From the IMG/VR virus record IMGVR_UViG_3300028797_000094, positions 102,524 through 166,523 of that record: DNA of 64,000 nucleotides; one strand, given 5' to 3'. The stretch is from a virus. Its lineage: Duplodnaviria > Heunggongvirae > Uroviricota > Caudoviricetes. The notes under the pieces are model-generated. The model searched no databases and had not been told where the DNA came from. It saw only the letters and a program-made list of their open reading frames with translations. Of this stretch, positions 15,155 to 26,152 are shown piece after piece (within the stretch, counting starts at the first letter, position 1; every line of letters starts with the position of its first letter). Position numbers and translations under genes: made by a program.

Positions 15155-17032
15155 ATGGAAAACTTTACTGATGCATTAGTTAATGACAATATTATAGTAG
15201 CAGGTGAACCGCTTGACTTATCTAAATGCCGAGCAATTCAGACTGATGTTAAAGACATTAGAGGTGAATATGAAACTAACTACTGTATATTATATAGTCA
15301 AACAAGAGATGCTGAGCCAATATTAACAAGAGTTCAAATAAGAACTTTAATAATTAAAGAAGTAGATGGTAGACATTTTGCTCTTGGTAAGCAAGGTAGA
15401 AAAACTATGCATTTGCCAGGTGGTGGCTATGATGGAGCTAAAGATAATGGCGACCCTTGTAATACTGCTAAACGTGAAGCCTGAGAAGAATTTAATTATA
15501 ATTTAACTAATGTAAAAGACTTACATTTATATTCTTGAAAATATAGAAAAGATAAATGGGTAGAACAACATGTTAAAAATGATGAAGATAAATGATATGG
15601 CTATTTAACTATTTTAATAGTTGCTGACTATAATGGTTTATCAGATAATAATAGACCAGATGAAAGAGGCCACTGAGAATGATATCCAATAGAAGTATTT
15701 AAGAAAAATGATTTTTATAATCAAGCATTATCCTCACTAAATTTGAATGAAGCTATTCATGCAAATAAGCCTGGTAGAGATGATTTAGGTGAAATTTCTT
15801 ATTTATGTGATTCATTACAAACACTTAGAATTATTCTTTCAACTATGGAAATTCAAAAAACATATGTTAAAGAAGTTAGATGAAAACCGCAAGATGCAAA
15901 AAGAGGATATTCATCAGATAATCATAAACAATATTCTTTATCAACATCTACTAATTTAACTGGGCATGCTAAACGTAGACCTGAAAGATGAGGTTTTGGT
16001 GTTATATTAGATGGACATAGATTATCTCAATACTATAATTTAGTTCCATATAATCATGCTTATTATAAATTACCAGACCAATATATTACAAAAATAGTTA
16101 AATTAAAAGATGGTAGAGTTATTCTTAATATTAGTTATTATGGCAATCGTGAAGTACAAAATGGTGAATGACTTTATGACTATATTGTAGATTATATTGA
16201 TACTCATCCTAAATATAGTGAAGCAGCTAGAACACTAGATGACTATGTTGATTCAAAAAATCCAAGTAAATGAAAATATAGATGAAACTTATTTAAGCAT
16301 GATGATCGCTTTGCTAATATTACTCCAGATGAAATAGAAGATTTACGTTCTTTTTCGACAAATCCAATATCAAAAAATTGTCTACAACTTAAGAGACTTG
16401 ATAGACTTGATGACGTACTTGAACATTTAGCTAAATATTCAAATTTTAATGAAGAAGAAGAAAGAATTTGATTAGAAGATGAGCTATTAAACTTTGTGCA
16501 AATTCCACAAGATACTTTAGTTGGTGTTATTTTACCAAATTATTTTAAAGAAGACTACGATTTAAATAAACCTACAAATGTATATTTAGCTTGAATTAAA
16601 CAATTTGTAGCACAAAATAATTTAAAAGTTATTTGACATGAATATACACACAAAATTTATAAAAAAGAATTAGCAACTGGACAAGCTGAAGATGAAGAAC
16701 AAAGATTTAATGATTTGTTTAAAAGATTGTCTCCTGAAAGCATTGTAGACAGAGCTAAAGACTTAGTAAATAAAGTTAGTCTTAAAAAATATAGAGAAAT
16801 ACTACCAAAGGCACAAGTTGCAACAGCTATAGTTAAAAAAGCTATTAAAGCTTGTATGCAAGATCTAACTACTGAAAATTATGATGAAAAATATAAACAA
16901 GCTTTTGATATGATAGTAGATGATGCCTTTGATTGTAAGTTAAGTTATGATAAAAGTAGTTTAATAAATAATACTAGTTTAAAACATTTATTTAACTATT
17001 ATGTTCCAGATCCTCCAGCAGAAAATAATTAA
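15155..17032 (+). CDS. 626-aa late protein translated with TGA=Trp (~15 in-frame TGA); N-terminal Nudix-like motif
   Basis: Track ORFs 15155..15484 and 16715..17032 share a frame; the intervening 1.2 kb has only TGA stops in that frame; GGYDGAKDNGDPCNTAKREAWEEF approximates the Nudix box; late promoter box at 15115-15126. Confidence 0.6.
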
Positions 17033-17116
17033 AATTCCAACAATAATAATCAGCTAAATTATTTAGAGAATGCTCTATTGTATTCTTAAAATAATGTAGA
17101 GGAGAGACTGCAAATT

Positions 17117-17341
17117 ATGAATGGCGAGTTTAGACGTGATCAAATTTGTACGACTTGAACTCAGGAACAGTGAAATGCGATGTGCAAAGCCGCGCAGAGC
17201 GGACAAAAAACGCCTGAGATTGAAAGTTGGAATAATCTTTATAATACTGTAGTTTCGAAATCTGCAGATATTGTAAAAGAGTATAATGATAATTATAATA
17301 AAACGAGTTTTCCAAATCTTGCGCTAGGAGGTAATGCATAA
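17117..17341 (+). CDS. hypothetical 74-aa protein (2 TGA=Trp)
   Basis: RBS GAGGAGAG; stop overlaps the next ATG (TAATG); an antisense ORF of similar length exists, so the call is uncertain. Confidence 0.35.
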
Positions 17342-17550
17342 TGATTACGCCAGTAAATGAACGTACATATGAATTTCGTGGCTTAAGCAGCGATGCAAAG
17401 CCTACTAAGAAAGATAGACCACTTCTTGGAAATGGTTCTGTATTCGTAGAGATGGATACATTAAAAGTATTCCTTTATGATGAAGAACATGACAAGTGGA
17501 TTGATTGAACAACAGGTCCTACAATTCCTTCTCCACAGAATGGTAACTAA
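17341..17550 (+). CDS. hypothetical 69-aa protein (1 TGA=Trp)
   Basis: Translationally coupled to the upstream gene; followed by RBS AAGGAGG of the next gene. Confidence 0.4.
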
Positions 17551-17568
17551 TAAGGAGGTAAGTATTAT

Positions 17569-18054
17569 ATGTTAGATATAACTACTTATATCCTTGCTAG
17601 ACGATCTGCTTCAATTATTGCCCAACAAGCAGTTGAAGAAATTGAGCCTGAAGTTATAATTGAAGAATCATCAGGAACCTTACCACCTGATGTATTAGCA
17701 AAAATTGTTGGAGCGAATGCTGCTTATATTAAATTAGAAAATAAAATTTATAGATTAAGCAGAATAGAAACTAATAACTATAAGTTTATCAATTCTTATA
17801 CTGATGGCTCAGGGCAAGTTGTTAGTATGATAGAATTAGATATAGATAAAACGTCAGGTGAATTTACAACTAAACCTTTAATTATTCAAGGTTCATCAGT
17901 TGCAGATTTAGAAAGACGTTTAGAAGAACATATTAATGATAATAATATTCACGTGTCTGAAAATGACAGAGCATACTGGAATAATAAAGTCTCTGCCGAG
18001 GTAATTGAAATAGCTCAGGGTGAATATGATTATAAATTACATTTAAAAAAATAA
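17569..18054 (+). CDS. hypothetical late protein
   Basis: ORF in track; RBS AAGGAGG. Confidence 0.55.
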   Translation: MLDITTYILARRSASIIAQQAVEEIEPEVIIEESSGTLPPDVLAKIVGANAAYIKLENKIYRLSRIETNNYKFINSYTDGSGQVVSMIELDIDKTSGEFTTKPLIIQGSSVADLERRLEEHINDNNIHVSENDRAYWNNKVSAEVIEIAQGEYDYKLHLKK

Positions 18055-18077
18055 AAGAATAGGAGAGATTATTTATT

Positions 18078-19367
18078 ATGCCACTTTACATTTCCCAAAT
18101 TAAATTACCAAATGATGAAAATACCTATTATATTAAAGACTCCGAAGCGAGAGATTTAATTGCACAGATTCAAGGTGGAGCTTTAGTATTTGTTAAGTCA
18201 GTAGACGCTGCTTCAACTCCTTATGGTGTTCAATGAAATGATCACGGAACTACTATTACAGGTACTTTAGTAGCTAGTTCTAGCACAGAAGGTAAAATTT
18301 ATCTAGTACCACAATCAACTGGAGCTGGTAAAGATATTTTTGCTGAATATGTTACTGTTACTACAGGTGGTTCTGGAACAGAACAAGATCCTTATGTATA
18401 TGCATGAGAAAAATTAGGTGATACTGAAATCGATTTTAGTGCTTTAGGTGCATTAGCTTATGTTGATAGTATTACTTTAAATAAGCAAACAGATTCAGTT
18501 TTAGGTGCAGATACTACATTTACAGCTGCTGCAAGTTCTGTTACATTTACTGGTGGAACAGATGATACATTTGTTAAATCATATCCTGGAACTACAAGTA
18601 AATTAGAAACTACATCTATTAAAGGTGTTGGTGCAAGTGATGTTACATTTAATGCTGTTGATGGAACTCCTGGTACTGTTACTGCTACTAATACAGTATT
18701 TGGTACAGATACTACTGCTAGTAAAGTTGTTACAACTTCTAAGACTGCAACTAATTTAGTATTAGGTACAGCTACTACTGCTTCTAAAGCTACTGCTGAT
18801 ACTGCTGTTGCTTTAGCAAAAGCTGCTGCAGCTGCAACTAATGTTTCTTATATTGGTAATGCAAATACATCTAGTGTTCTTGAAACTGCATCAGTATCTG
18901 GTGAAGTATTAACATTTGGCTCAGCTGCTGTTGCTCAAAGTTCAGTAACAGGTACTAACGGTACTGAAACTATTACACCTTATACATTTACTGATGTAAC
19001 TGTTCCAGTTGTTACAAGCAATACTGAAGTTACTTTTGACGCTGTAAGTTCTGCTACAGATGTTACTGTTCCAGTTGTTTCTAGTAATGCTGCAGTTACA
19101 GCTTCTGAAGCAATTACAATTGAACCAGTTACTGCTGCAACAAGTGCTGCAAATGCAATTACAGTTGCTACAGGTTTATTAGATTCGGCAGATACTGTTG
19201 GTGCTACAGTTATGACAGGTTTAGGCACTGCTGTTACTGCAACTGCTGTTACAGGCTTAGGTACAGCTGAGGCTGCTGCTCAAACAATTACAGTTGGTAC
19301 TAATGACCAAGTTACTGCTTTAACAAGTGCAACTGATTTAACAGTTACTCCACATAGCAATAACTAA
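18078..19367 (+). CDS. fibre-like T/A/V-rich protein with HxH motif; paralog of 60105..61976 (TGA=Trp used)
   Basis: RBS AGGAGAG; shares DSFVKSYPGTTSKLETTSIKGV, TITPYTFTDVTVPVV and GAHTHTVTG blocks with 60105..61976; followed by bidirectional terminator. Confidence 0.6.
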
Positions 19368-19390
19368 TAATTAAAAAGTAATAAAGCAAT

Positions 19391-19424
19391 AAAAAAAGAC
19401 TAGATTTAATTCTAGTCTTTTTTA
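19391..19424. terminator. bidirectional terminator between convergent genes: AGACTAGATTTAATTCTAGTCT flanked by A-run and T-run
   Basis: Perfect 8-bp dyad with A7 on one side and T6 on the other. Confidence 0.65.
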
Positions 19425-19433
19425 TTTTACTCA

Positions 19434-22400
19434 TTAGAATGTATGAGTATCGTTTGTTGTCGCACCAGCTACTCTAATAACATCATTAATGTTAAAAGTC
19501 ATAGCTGTAAATATTGCAATGTTATTTGATACTTGAGCTGTTTCAGTAAGAGTATTATTTACATATAAATAAATTACTCCATTATCATCATCATTTGTAT
19601 AACATTTAATTTGTCTACTTGTTTTCTTAGTATAATCTTTTCCGCAAATATGAACAAATTTACTTGTTGGATTTCACCAAGCTTTATACAAATAGAATGT
19701 GTCTTTCTTTGTAGTATGGTCTCTTTCTACTAAACCTTTATCATTTAAGTATTTTAAATTTTCATTAGTTGAAGTAGTTTCACCATCTAAACAAATAGTA
19801 TATCCTTCACTTCTACTTGATACAGCAAAGTCGAATAATACTCACTGTGCTGTATAAATAAGTTGTGGATAATTTTTAATTGCAGCTATATGACCTTCAT
19901 GCAATCACATTTGATATTCAATATCATGTCGAGGATTATTACCTCTTGTAGTAGTTGATAGTGGAGTATCAGAATGACAACGTTGAGTTCCACCACAACC
20001 ATATTCAGATAATGCCATTGGTTTAGTTTGAGCATTTGAATAACCTAAACAAGTATTAATTCTACTAGATGGATTATTAGAATTTTGGTCAATATATCAA
20101 CCAACATATAAGTTTTGTCCAATATAATCAACATTTGGATAATTAAATGTTCCTAAACCATTTGGATAGCTATGACTTACAACATAACCAATATATCTTG
20201 AAGTATCATAACTTCTAATTAAAGCTGTATAAGTTTCAATTTGAGTTTTAGCAAAAGCAGCATCATCTGTTGTAATTTCATTTGCAAGTCCCCAGAAAAC
20301 AATAGATGGATGATTATAATGTTGTAATACCATATCTGTTATTTGAGAACTTAAATGAGTATAATAATCATTAGACATTGTTGATTGAGCTTTATTAACC
20401 CAAGGAACTTCTGTTTGAACAATAATACCTAATTCATCACACATATCATAGAATTTACGAGGATGTGGATAGTGAGCTGTTCTAATAAAATTACAACCTA
20501 ATTCATCAATAATATCAAAGTCATTTTCAATATCTTGTTCTGTTAATGCATTAGCTTTATAATCTATATCTTGGTGCATACAAACACCTCTTAAATAATA
20601 TGGTTGTCCATTTAGTAAGAAGCCTGTATAAGTTTCACCTTGAATAACACTTGAATTATTAAATACATAATCATAATATCTAATACCATAAGGTCTAGTA
20701 GCTGTAAATGTTTTAGTTTGTCCACTATAAATATCAAGAGTTATATCATATAAATGTGGATCGGCTTTACCATTTCAAAGATGTGGATTAGAAATAGTTA
20801 CATTAAATGTAATAGTTCCACTACCTGTTTGAGTATCAGTATAATGATAAGTTCCATCATCAATAGTTAAAGTTACAGTTCCAGAAGTTGGAATTGATGT
20901 TGTTATAGTAAGTGCTGCAGAAGCAGATGTTGCTGTACAGTTTATTCTAAAGCCATCATAACCATATTCTATAGCTGGAAGTATTGCACCAGTAATAACT
21001 TGAACATCGCCAAGAGTTGCATTAAAGTTAAAATCACCAGCAGCTGGAGCTAAAGTATTTCTTGTTGTATTATTTAAGATAACTTTTAAAGTATTATCAC
21101 CAACAGTAATATAATTAGTTATATCAACAGTAAATGAATTATAACCACCTCAATGAGTAGTTACTAATGTATTATTCATATAAATTTCTGCTGATTGGTC
21201 TGCATGATCAAATCATAAATAAGTTGGTTGAAGAGTTTCAATTTCAATTACTTTTGTAAATACTCAGTTGTTTCCTTTAGCATAGCCAGATGAATGTCCA
21301 TCAATAGCATTAACTGAGAATGGTAAAGTAATATTTTGTCCAGCATATCTTCAAGATCCATCTTCTGGTTGAGGTTCTTCACCATCATTATAAGTTACCC
21401 AGCTAGTAGGAATACCAGAAGTACCAATAGACCAAGAATTAGCATTTGCATGTTTAATAAATGTACCAGCAGAAGCAACTTTATTTACCCAACCAGATAA
21501 ACAGTTAGTAGTTCCAAAGCCAGCAGTTGCTAAGCATCGAATATAATTTAGATTACTACATTGAGTAAACATATAACCATAACATTCATTAACAAGTGTA
21601 GGAGCTTCTAAGTCTGGAGCTTCTGAAATAAGACATTTTTCAAACATATACCAATAACAACCTGTTGCAAGAGTAGTTGCTGGTAAAGCTGGAGCTTCCA
21701 CTAAATTAGGTGCCAAACTAAACATAGCACGATAACAGTAGTTAGTTAATGTTGTTGCAGGTAACACTAAGTTTTTAGCAGATACAACTTTAGATTGCTT
21801 AAATAATGAACAAAAGTTATAGGTGCCAGTAAGAGTATTATTTCCAACAAAATTATCCCCATAAACTAAACTCATGATATTACCTTCAATATCAAATGTA
21901 GCAGTTCCACCATCAAAACCAGAGTAGTCTGATTTACTTCCTGCATATGTATTATTTGAGCCTCTGAATCTTATAACATCACCTGCTGAAACAGAAATTG
22001 TTGCAGGAGTTGTTTTAACAGCAGTTATTGAAGTTCAAGCACCATTATTTTTACTATATTCAATTGTTCTAGCATAATTTGAACCATATGCTTGTCAGCC
22101 AATAGTACCAGCAGTTTTTACTTTGAAAGTTAAATAATCTTGTGAGTAGTCATGTTGAGGATCATAAATACAGTTTCTCATAACAACTTCACTAGTATCA
22201 TTTGATAATTCTGAATAAGTTTCTACAACAGTTGTTGCAAATATTTGAATTGGAGCATTATAAATAGCATATGCACCAGATTGACCTAATCTATAATAAA
22301 TGGTTGCATTTTGTGTTTCACAAGTAAGAGTAATAATTTCACCATTAAATGTAATCATTGGTTTCTTTAAGCCTGTATATACACAAGTTTCAGTAACTGT

Positions 22401-24224
22401 GCCTGATCTTAAACCATCTATTTCTGAATAAGCTTCAACAATTGTATCATCTGTAATGGCAAATTGTCCAGTATATAAACTAAAATTGCCACTTTCATTT
22501 AATCTATAATATGTGTCAGCTCCGGTTTCATTTGTAGTGATAGAAACATATCTACCAGTACAAGAAATAGTTGGAGGTAATACATTTGTTAATTTTACAA
22601 TTGAGAAATTTTTAATTGTAATATTTGAGTATCTATATGGATCACCATTAGCATCCATTGCGTAACCTAAACAAACCTTCAAATATTTTAAATCTTCAAT
22701 ATCTGGGAATTTATTTGAGGCTGTAAAAATAACAGCACCAGTTCTCATATTTTGACAGATAAAGTTGTTATTTGGAAGTGTTGGGTCATAAGTTATTTTT
22801 AATACATATTCTGCAGTATTATTAGTCATTGCAGTTGGGTTAATTGTAGTATTAGTATTACTACCTGTTGCAAATTGAGTACCTAAAATAACATATTTAT
22901 TAGTTCCAGTTTGTCTTATTTGAAAGCCATACCATGGAGATGGTGTAGCTCTTTTTGCAGTTAAAATATTATGGTGATTTTCATCTTGGTTTGCTGGCTG
23001 ATCTAAGAAATTAATTACAAAGTCAATATCGCAGATAAAGCCTCTTGTTGGGTCAAAAGCATAGTACTCTGTATTAATACCATTTTCAATTTCTTTACCT
23101 TCACCACCAGAACCTGATGTATCAATTTCATAACCTGTAACTACAGGATCGCCATTTTCATCATATTCGATTTCTTGAGTAGAACTATTTCCTGATGTAT
23201 CAACAGCATTATTAGTTGTTGAAGTTGGATCACCGTTTGCATCATAATTATTTGTTTGACTTGTACTAGAGCCATCTGTATTTTCAACAGTTGTACTATC
23301 TGAACTACCACTAACATCACCATTTTCATCATAATTTGTAGTAGTAGTTTCAGTAGTTACAGCACCAGTTTCCTGGTCTGGGGCAGAAACTTCAGTACTT
23401 GATTCAGTACTAGTACCATCAGCATTATTAGTAACTGTATTAGTCTCACTAGAACCATCGGCATTTGTCTGTGTTTCAGTAGTTTCGTTTGAACCATCTT
23501 GGTTTACAGTTATTGTAGTAGTTGTACTTGAACCATCTTGGTTTGTTGTTGTTTCTTCAGTTGTAGTACTAGTTGAACCGTCTTCATTAGTTGTTTGTGA
23601 AGTAGTTGTTTCAGTTGTAGCGCCAGTTTCTGGGTCTGTTGTAGTAGTTGTAGTTGTAGTTGTTACTGAGCCGTCTTCATTAACTTCAGTAGTGGTTGAT
23701 GAATTAGCTTCATAATATAAAACAATTTCTTTAGTTGCAGTTTGATTTTGATAAACTGCTTGTAGTGTAATAGTACCAGTTGCTAAAATTGTAATAGCAC
23801 CAGTATTATCAATTGTTGCATAATTATTACCACTTGTGATACTTCATGTTGGAGTAACTACAGTTGAATTATATCTTGCAATAGCATTTCCAGTAGTTCC
23901 AGTAATTGTATCAGCACATTCAATATTTAATTGATTATCATAAGAAACAGTTATATCAATTAGTTCAGTTTCTTCTTCATATTCACATTGAATTGTAATA
24001 TTTTCACTTACGACACCTTCATTAATAGTAACTTTACCAGTGCTAGGATTTAAAGAAACATAAGAAGCACCATTCATTAAAGACCATGTACCATTAACAG
24101 TTTGTCCATCATATTTACATGTACAATAAAAATATTTACCAGTAAAAGTTGAATCAGCAATTATTTCAAGATTATGTTCAGTTACGAGTACAATACTTAA
24201 TAATCTTCTTCTAATTATTCCCAT
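19434..24224 (-). CDS. 1596-aa structural protein (tail fibre/tailspike-like) with GH2-family glycoside hydrolase domain, Thr-rich mucin-like linker and BspA-like Cys-containing repeats; TGA=Trp
   Basis: Track minus ORFs 20097..20579, 21351..21875, 22095..22829 and 23844..24224 are all in one frame and separated only by TGA. GH2 signatures: CNFIRTAHYPHP, SIVFWGLANE, PHLWNGKADPHLYDITL. RBS TAGGAGG precedes the ATG at 24224. Confidence 0.65.
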
Positions 24225-24232
24225 ACTGCCTC

Positions 24233-24793
24233 CTAGTAGAATTCACCAACAACTGCTAGATTATCAACAATATTAATTTCATAAACTCTACCTACTGTAA
24301 AAGTTGGAAGTGAACCATTATTTATTTTTACATTATTTGGTAATGTTATAGCAGCACCAGCACCAGCTGTAAATCTAAGAGTATATTCAGCACAATATCC
24401 GGATGGAACTAATGCTGAATTAAAGCTGACAACCATAGCTTGAGTTAAAGTTCCAAAATTATAAACTTTATATGGGTCTAAAGTTACAGTTGTAGCTGGA
24501 GTTCCAGTTACAAGAGGTGTTCTTACAGGAGTACTACTACCACCAACAGCATAGCTAGTATTTCCAATAGTAATACCAGTTAAAGTACCAGTAGTAGAAA
24601 CTGGATTAGCTACGACATTAATAATATCAGAAGTTAATGCAATAGTTGAATTTGCTGTTAAGGTTGGAAGTTCAGCAGAATAACCATTTTTGCCTAGCAT
24701 TTCAGGCACAATAGTATAAGGTTTGCTAATTTGTTCTTCGTTAACAACTTCTGGAATGCTAATTACTTTAATTCTGTCTTGAGGAAGTGCCAT
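24233..24793 (-). CDS. hypothetical structural protein (186 aa)
   Basis: RBS AAAAGGAGAAAATT-ATG; late-type box TTGGCTAAATTA upstream on the minus strand. Confidence 0.55.
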   Translation of the reverse strand: MALPQDRIKVISIPEVVNEEQISKPYTIVPEMLGKNGYSAELPTLTANSTIALTSDIINVVANPVSTTGTLTGITIGNTSYAVGGSSTPVRTPLVTGTPATTVTLDPYKVYNFGTLTQAMVVSFNSALVPSGYCAEYTLRFTAGAGAAITLPNNVKINNGSLPTFTVGRVYEINIVDNLAVVGEFY

Positions 24794-24845
24794 AATTTTC
24801 TCCTTTTTTCCTTTCAAAATTTTAATTTAAAAATAATTTTCTATA

Positions 24846-24857
24846 TAATTTAGCCAA
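24846..24857 (-). promoter_or_regulatory. late-promoter box on the minus strand (TTGGCTAAATTA) driving 24793..19434
   Basis: Reverse complement of CTATATAATTTAGCCAA; positioned ~45 nt upstream of the minus-strand ATG at 24793. Confidence 0.45.
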
Positions 24858-24864
24858 TTTTTAT

Positions 24865-24872
24865 TGTATAAT
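24865..24872 (+). promoter_or_regulatory. middle-type promoter TGTATAAT (divergent from the minus-strand late box at 24846-24857)
   Basis: Same motif. Confidence 0.45.
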
Positions 24873-24892
24873 ATAGTAGAGGTGAAAAATTT

Positions 24893-25174
24893 ATGGAATT
24901 TTTAACAATATTTTTAATTATAATGGGGAGTCTTTTCATCTTTTGTCTAATTGGTTTATTTGTTTCTAGTAAAAGTATGGAAAAGTGGATAGAAGTTAAG
25001 TTTTTACATGAAAATAATTTAATTGATTATGATTGTTTACATGAACAAAAAGATTTATTTAATTATAATAGGTATAAAAAATCTGGTTGTCCAGCATTAA
25101 CAAATAAACTTTATAAAGCAATTTTATATGTTGAAGCTGAAGTAGCAAAGAAAGCGCAAGTGCAAAATGACTAA
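24893..25174 (+). CDS. small membrane protein
   Basis: N-terminal hydrophobic helix; middle promoter 24865-24872. Confidence 0.45.
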   Translation: MEFLTIFLIIMGSLFIFCLIGLFVSSKSMEKWIEVKFLHENNLIDYDCLHEQKDLFNYNRYKKSGCPALTNKLYKAILYVEAEVAKKAQVQND

Positions 25175-25784
25175 AAAAGAAAAGTGGAAAATTTTATTAG
25201 ATGGACTTAATTTAAAAGTTGGAGATATAATTGTAACAACTGACTGTCAAAAATACTTTAGTAATAGTGAAAAGAAAAATAGATATGTTAGATTTATTTA
25301 TACTCCGCATTTTTATAAAATTGCTGAAGAAGAGCGTGGCTATTACTTAGTTGAAAGATATAAAAATGCTTATCATGATTATGGCGACATGTATGGTGCA
25401 CATGCTCGTGCTATTTGGACTATTTTAGATGATTTTGATAAATTAGAAGATGCAAAATATTTAAAACAAACTACTATTATTTATCCAACAAGAGCAGATT
25501 ATTATAGAGCACATCCAGAGGCAAATATTTGGAAATATGATGATCCAAATTATCCTGGTGATGAGGATAAATTACAAACTTACTATGAAGTTGCAAAAAA
25601 TAAAATTTGGTTATCTTGTTGGAATTCTTTTGAAAAGAATAAAACTGAAACCTTAGAAGATGAAGTAGTTATTAGAATGAAAGATAAAGAAGCTTTTATA
25701 AAAAGAGTTAATAATTTACATCTAAATGATAATGATTATGTTGTTAGAACTGTACAAACAATAATGAATTTAGAAGAAAAATAA
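25167..25784 (+). CDS. hypothetical protein
   Basis: ORF in track. Confidence 0.5.
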   Translation: MTKKEKWKILLDGLNLKVGDIIVTTDCQKYFSNSEKKNRYVRFIYTPHFYKIAEEERGYYLVERYKNAYHDYGDMYGAHARAIWTILDDFDKLEDAKYLKQTTIIYPTRADYYRAHPEANIWKYDDPNYPGDEDKLQTYYEVAKNKIWLSCWNSFEKNKTETLEDEVVIRMKDKEAFIKRVNNLHLNDNDYVVRTVQTIMNLEEK

Positions 25785-25814
25785 ATTTAAGAATCAAAAT
25801 TTAGAAAAAAATAT

Positions 25815-25822
25815 TGTATAAT
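25815..25822 (+). promoter_or_regulatory. middle-type promoter TGTATAAT, followed by a 340-nt leader
   Basis: Same motif. Confidence 0.45.
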
Positions 25823-26152
25823 ATAATGTAGCTATGAGTGCAACGAGTTTTGCTACTATGTTAGAATTGATACAAGCTATATCAAATTCTGATTTCCTGA
25901 AACTCTAGAAGCTTCGTGGACAACCATACGAACACAAAGAAAAGTTGTCGTCTAATTAGTCTTGGACGTTAAACAAACTCATTAGAGCCTGTACTTATTT
26001 CTACAAAGACTGCAAATCTATTCCAAAACAGTCAGGCCAAATTTAAATGCGAAAACACTAACTTAGCAATACACGTATTTAAACTTGGAAGGCTCACTTT
26101 CAAAAGAAATATATGTATTGCTATTTTTATTTATAAGAAAGGAAAATTGTTT

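Noticed and set aside
17130-17339. Minus-strand ORF of 69 aa from the track
   Set aside because: It is antisense to a plus-strand reading frame that has a good RBS and is translationally coupled (TAATG) to the next plus-strand gene. All neighbouring genes are on the plus strand. Both calls remain low-confidence.
23141-23332. Minus-strand 63-aa ORF inside the Thr-rich region
   Set aside because: Different frame from the four long same-frame minus-strand ORFs. It lies within low-complexity repeat DNA, where spurious ORFs are expected.
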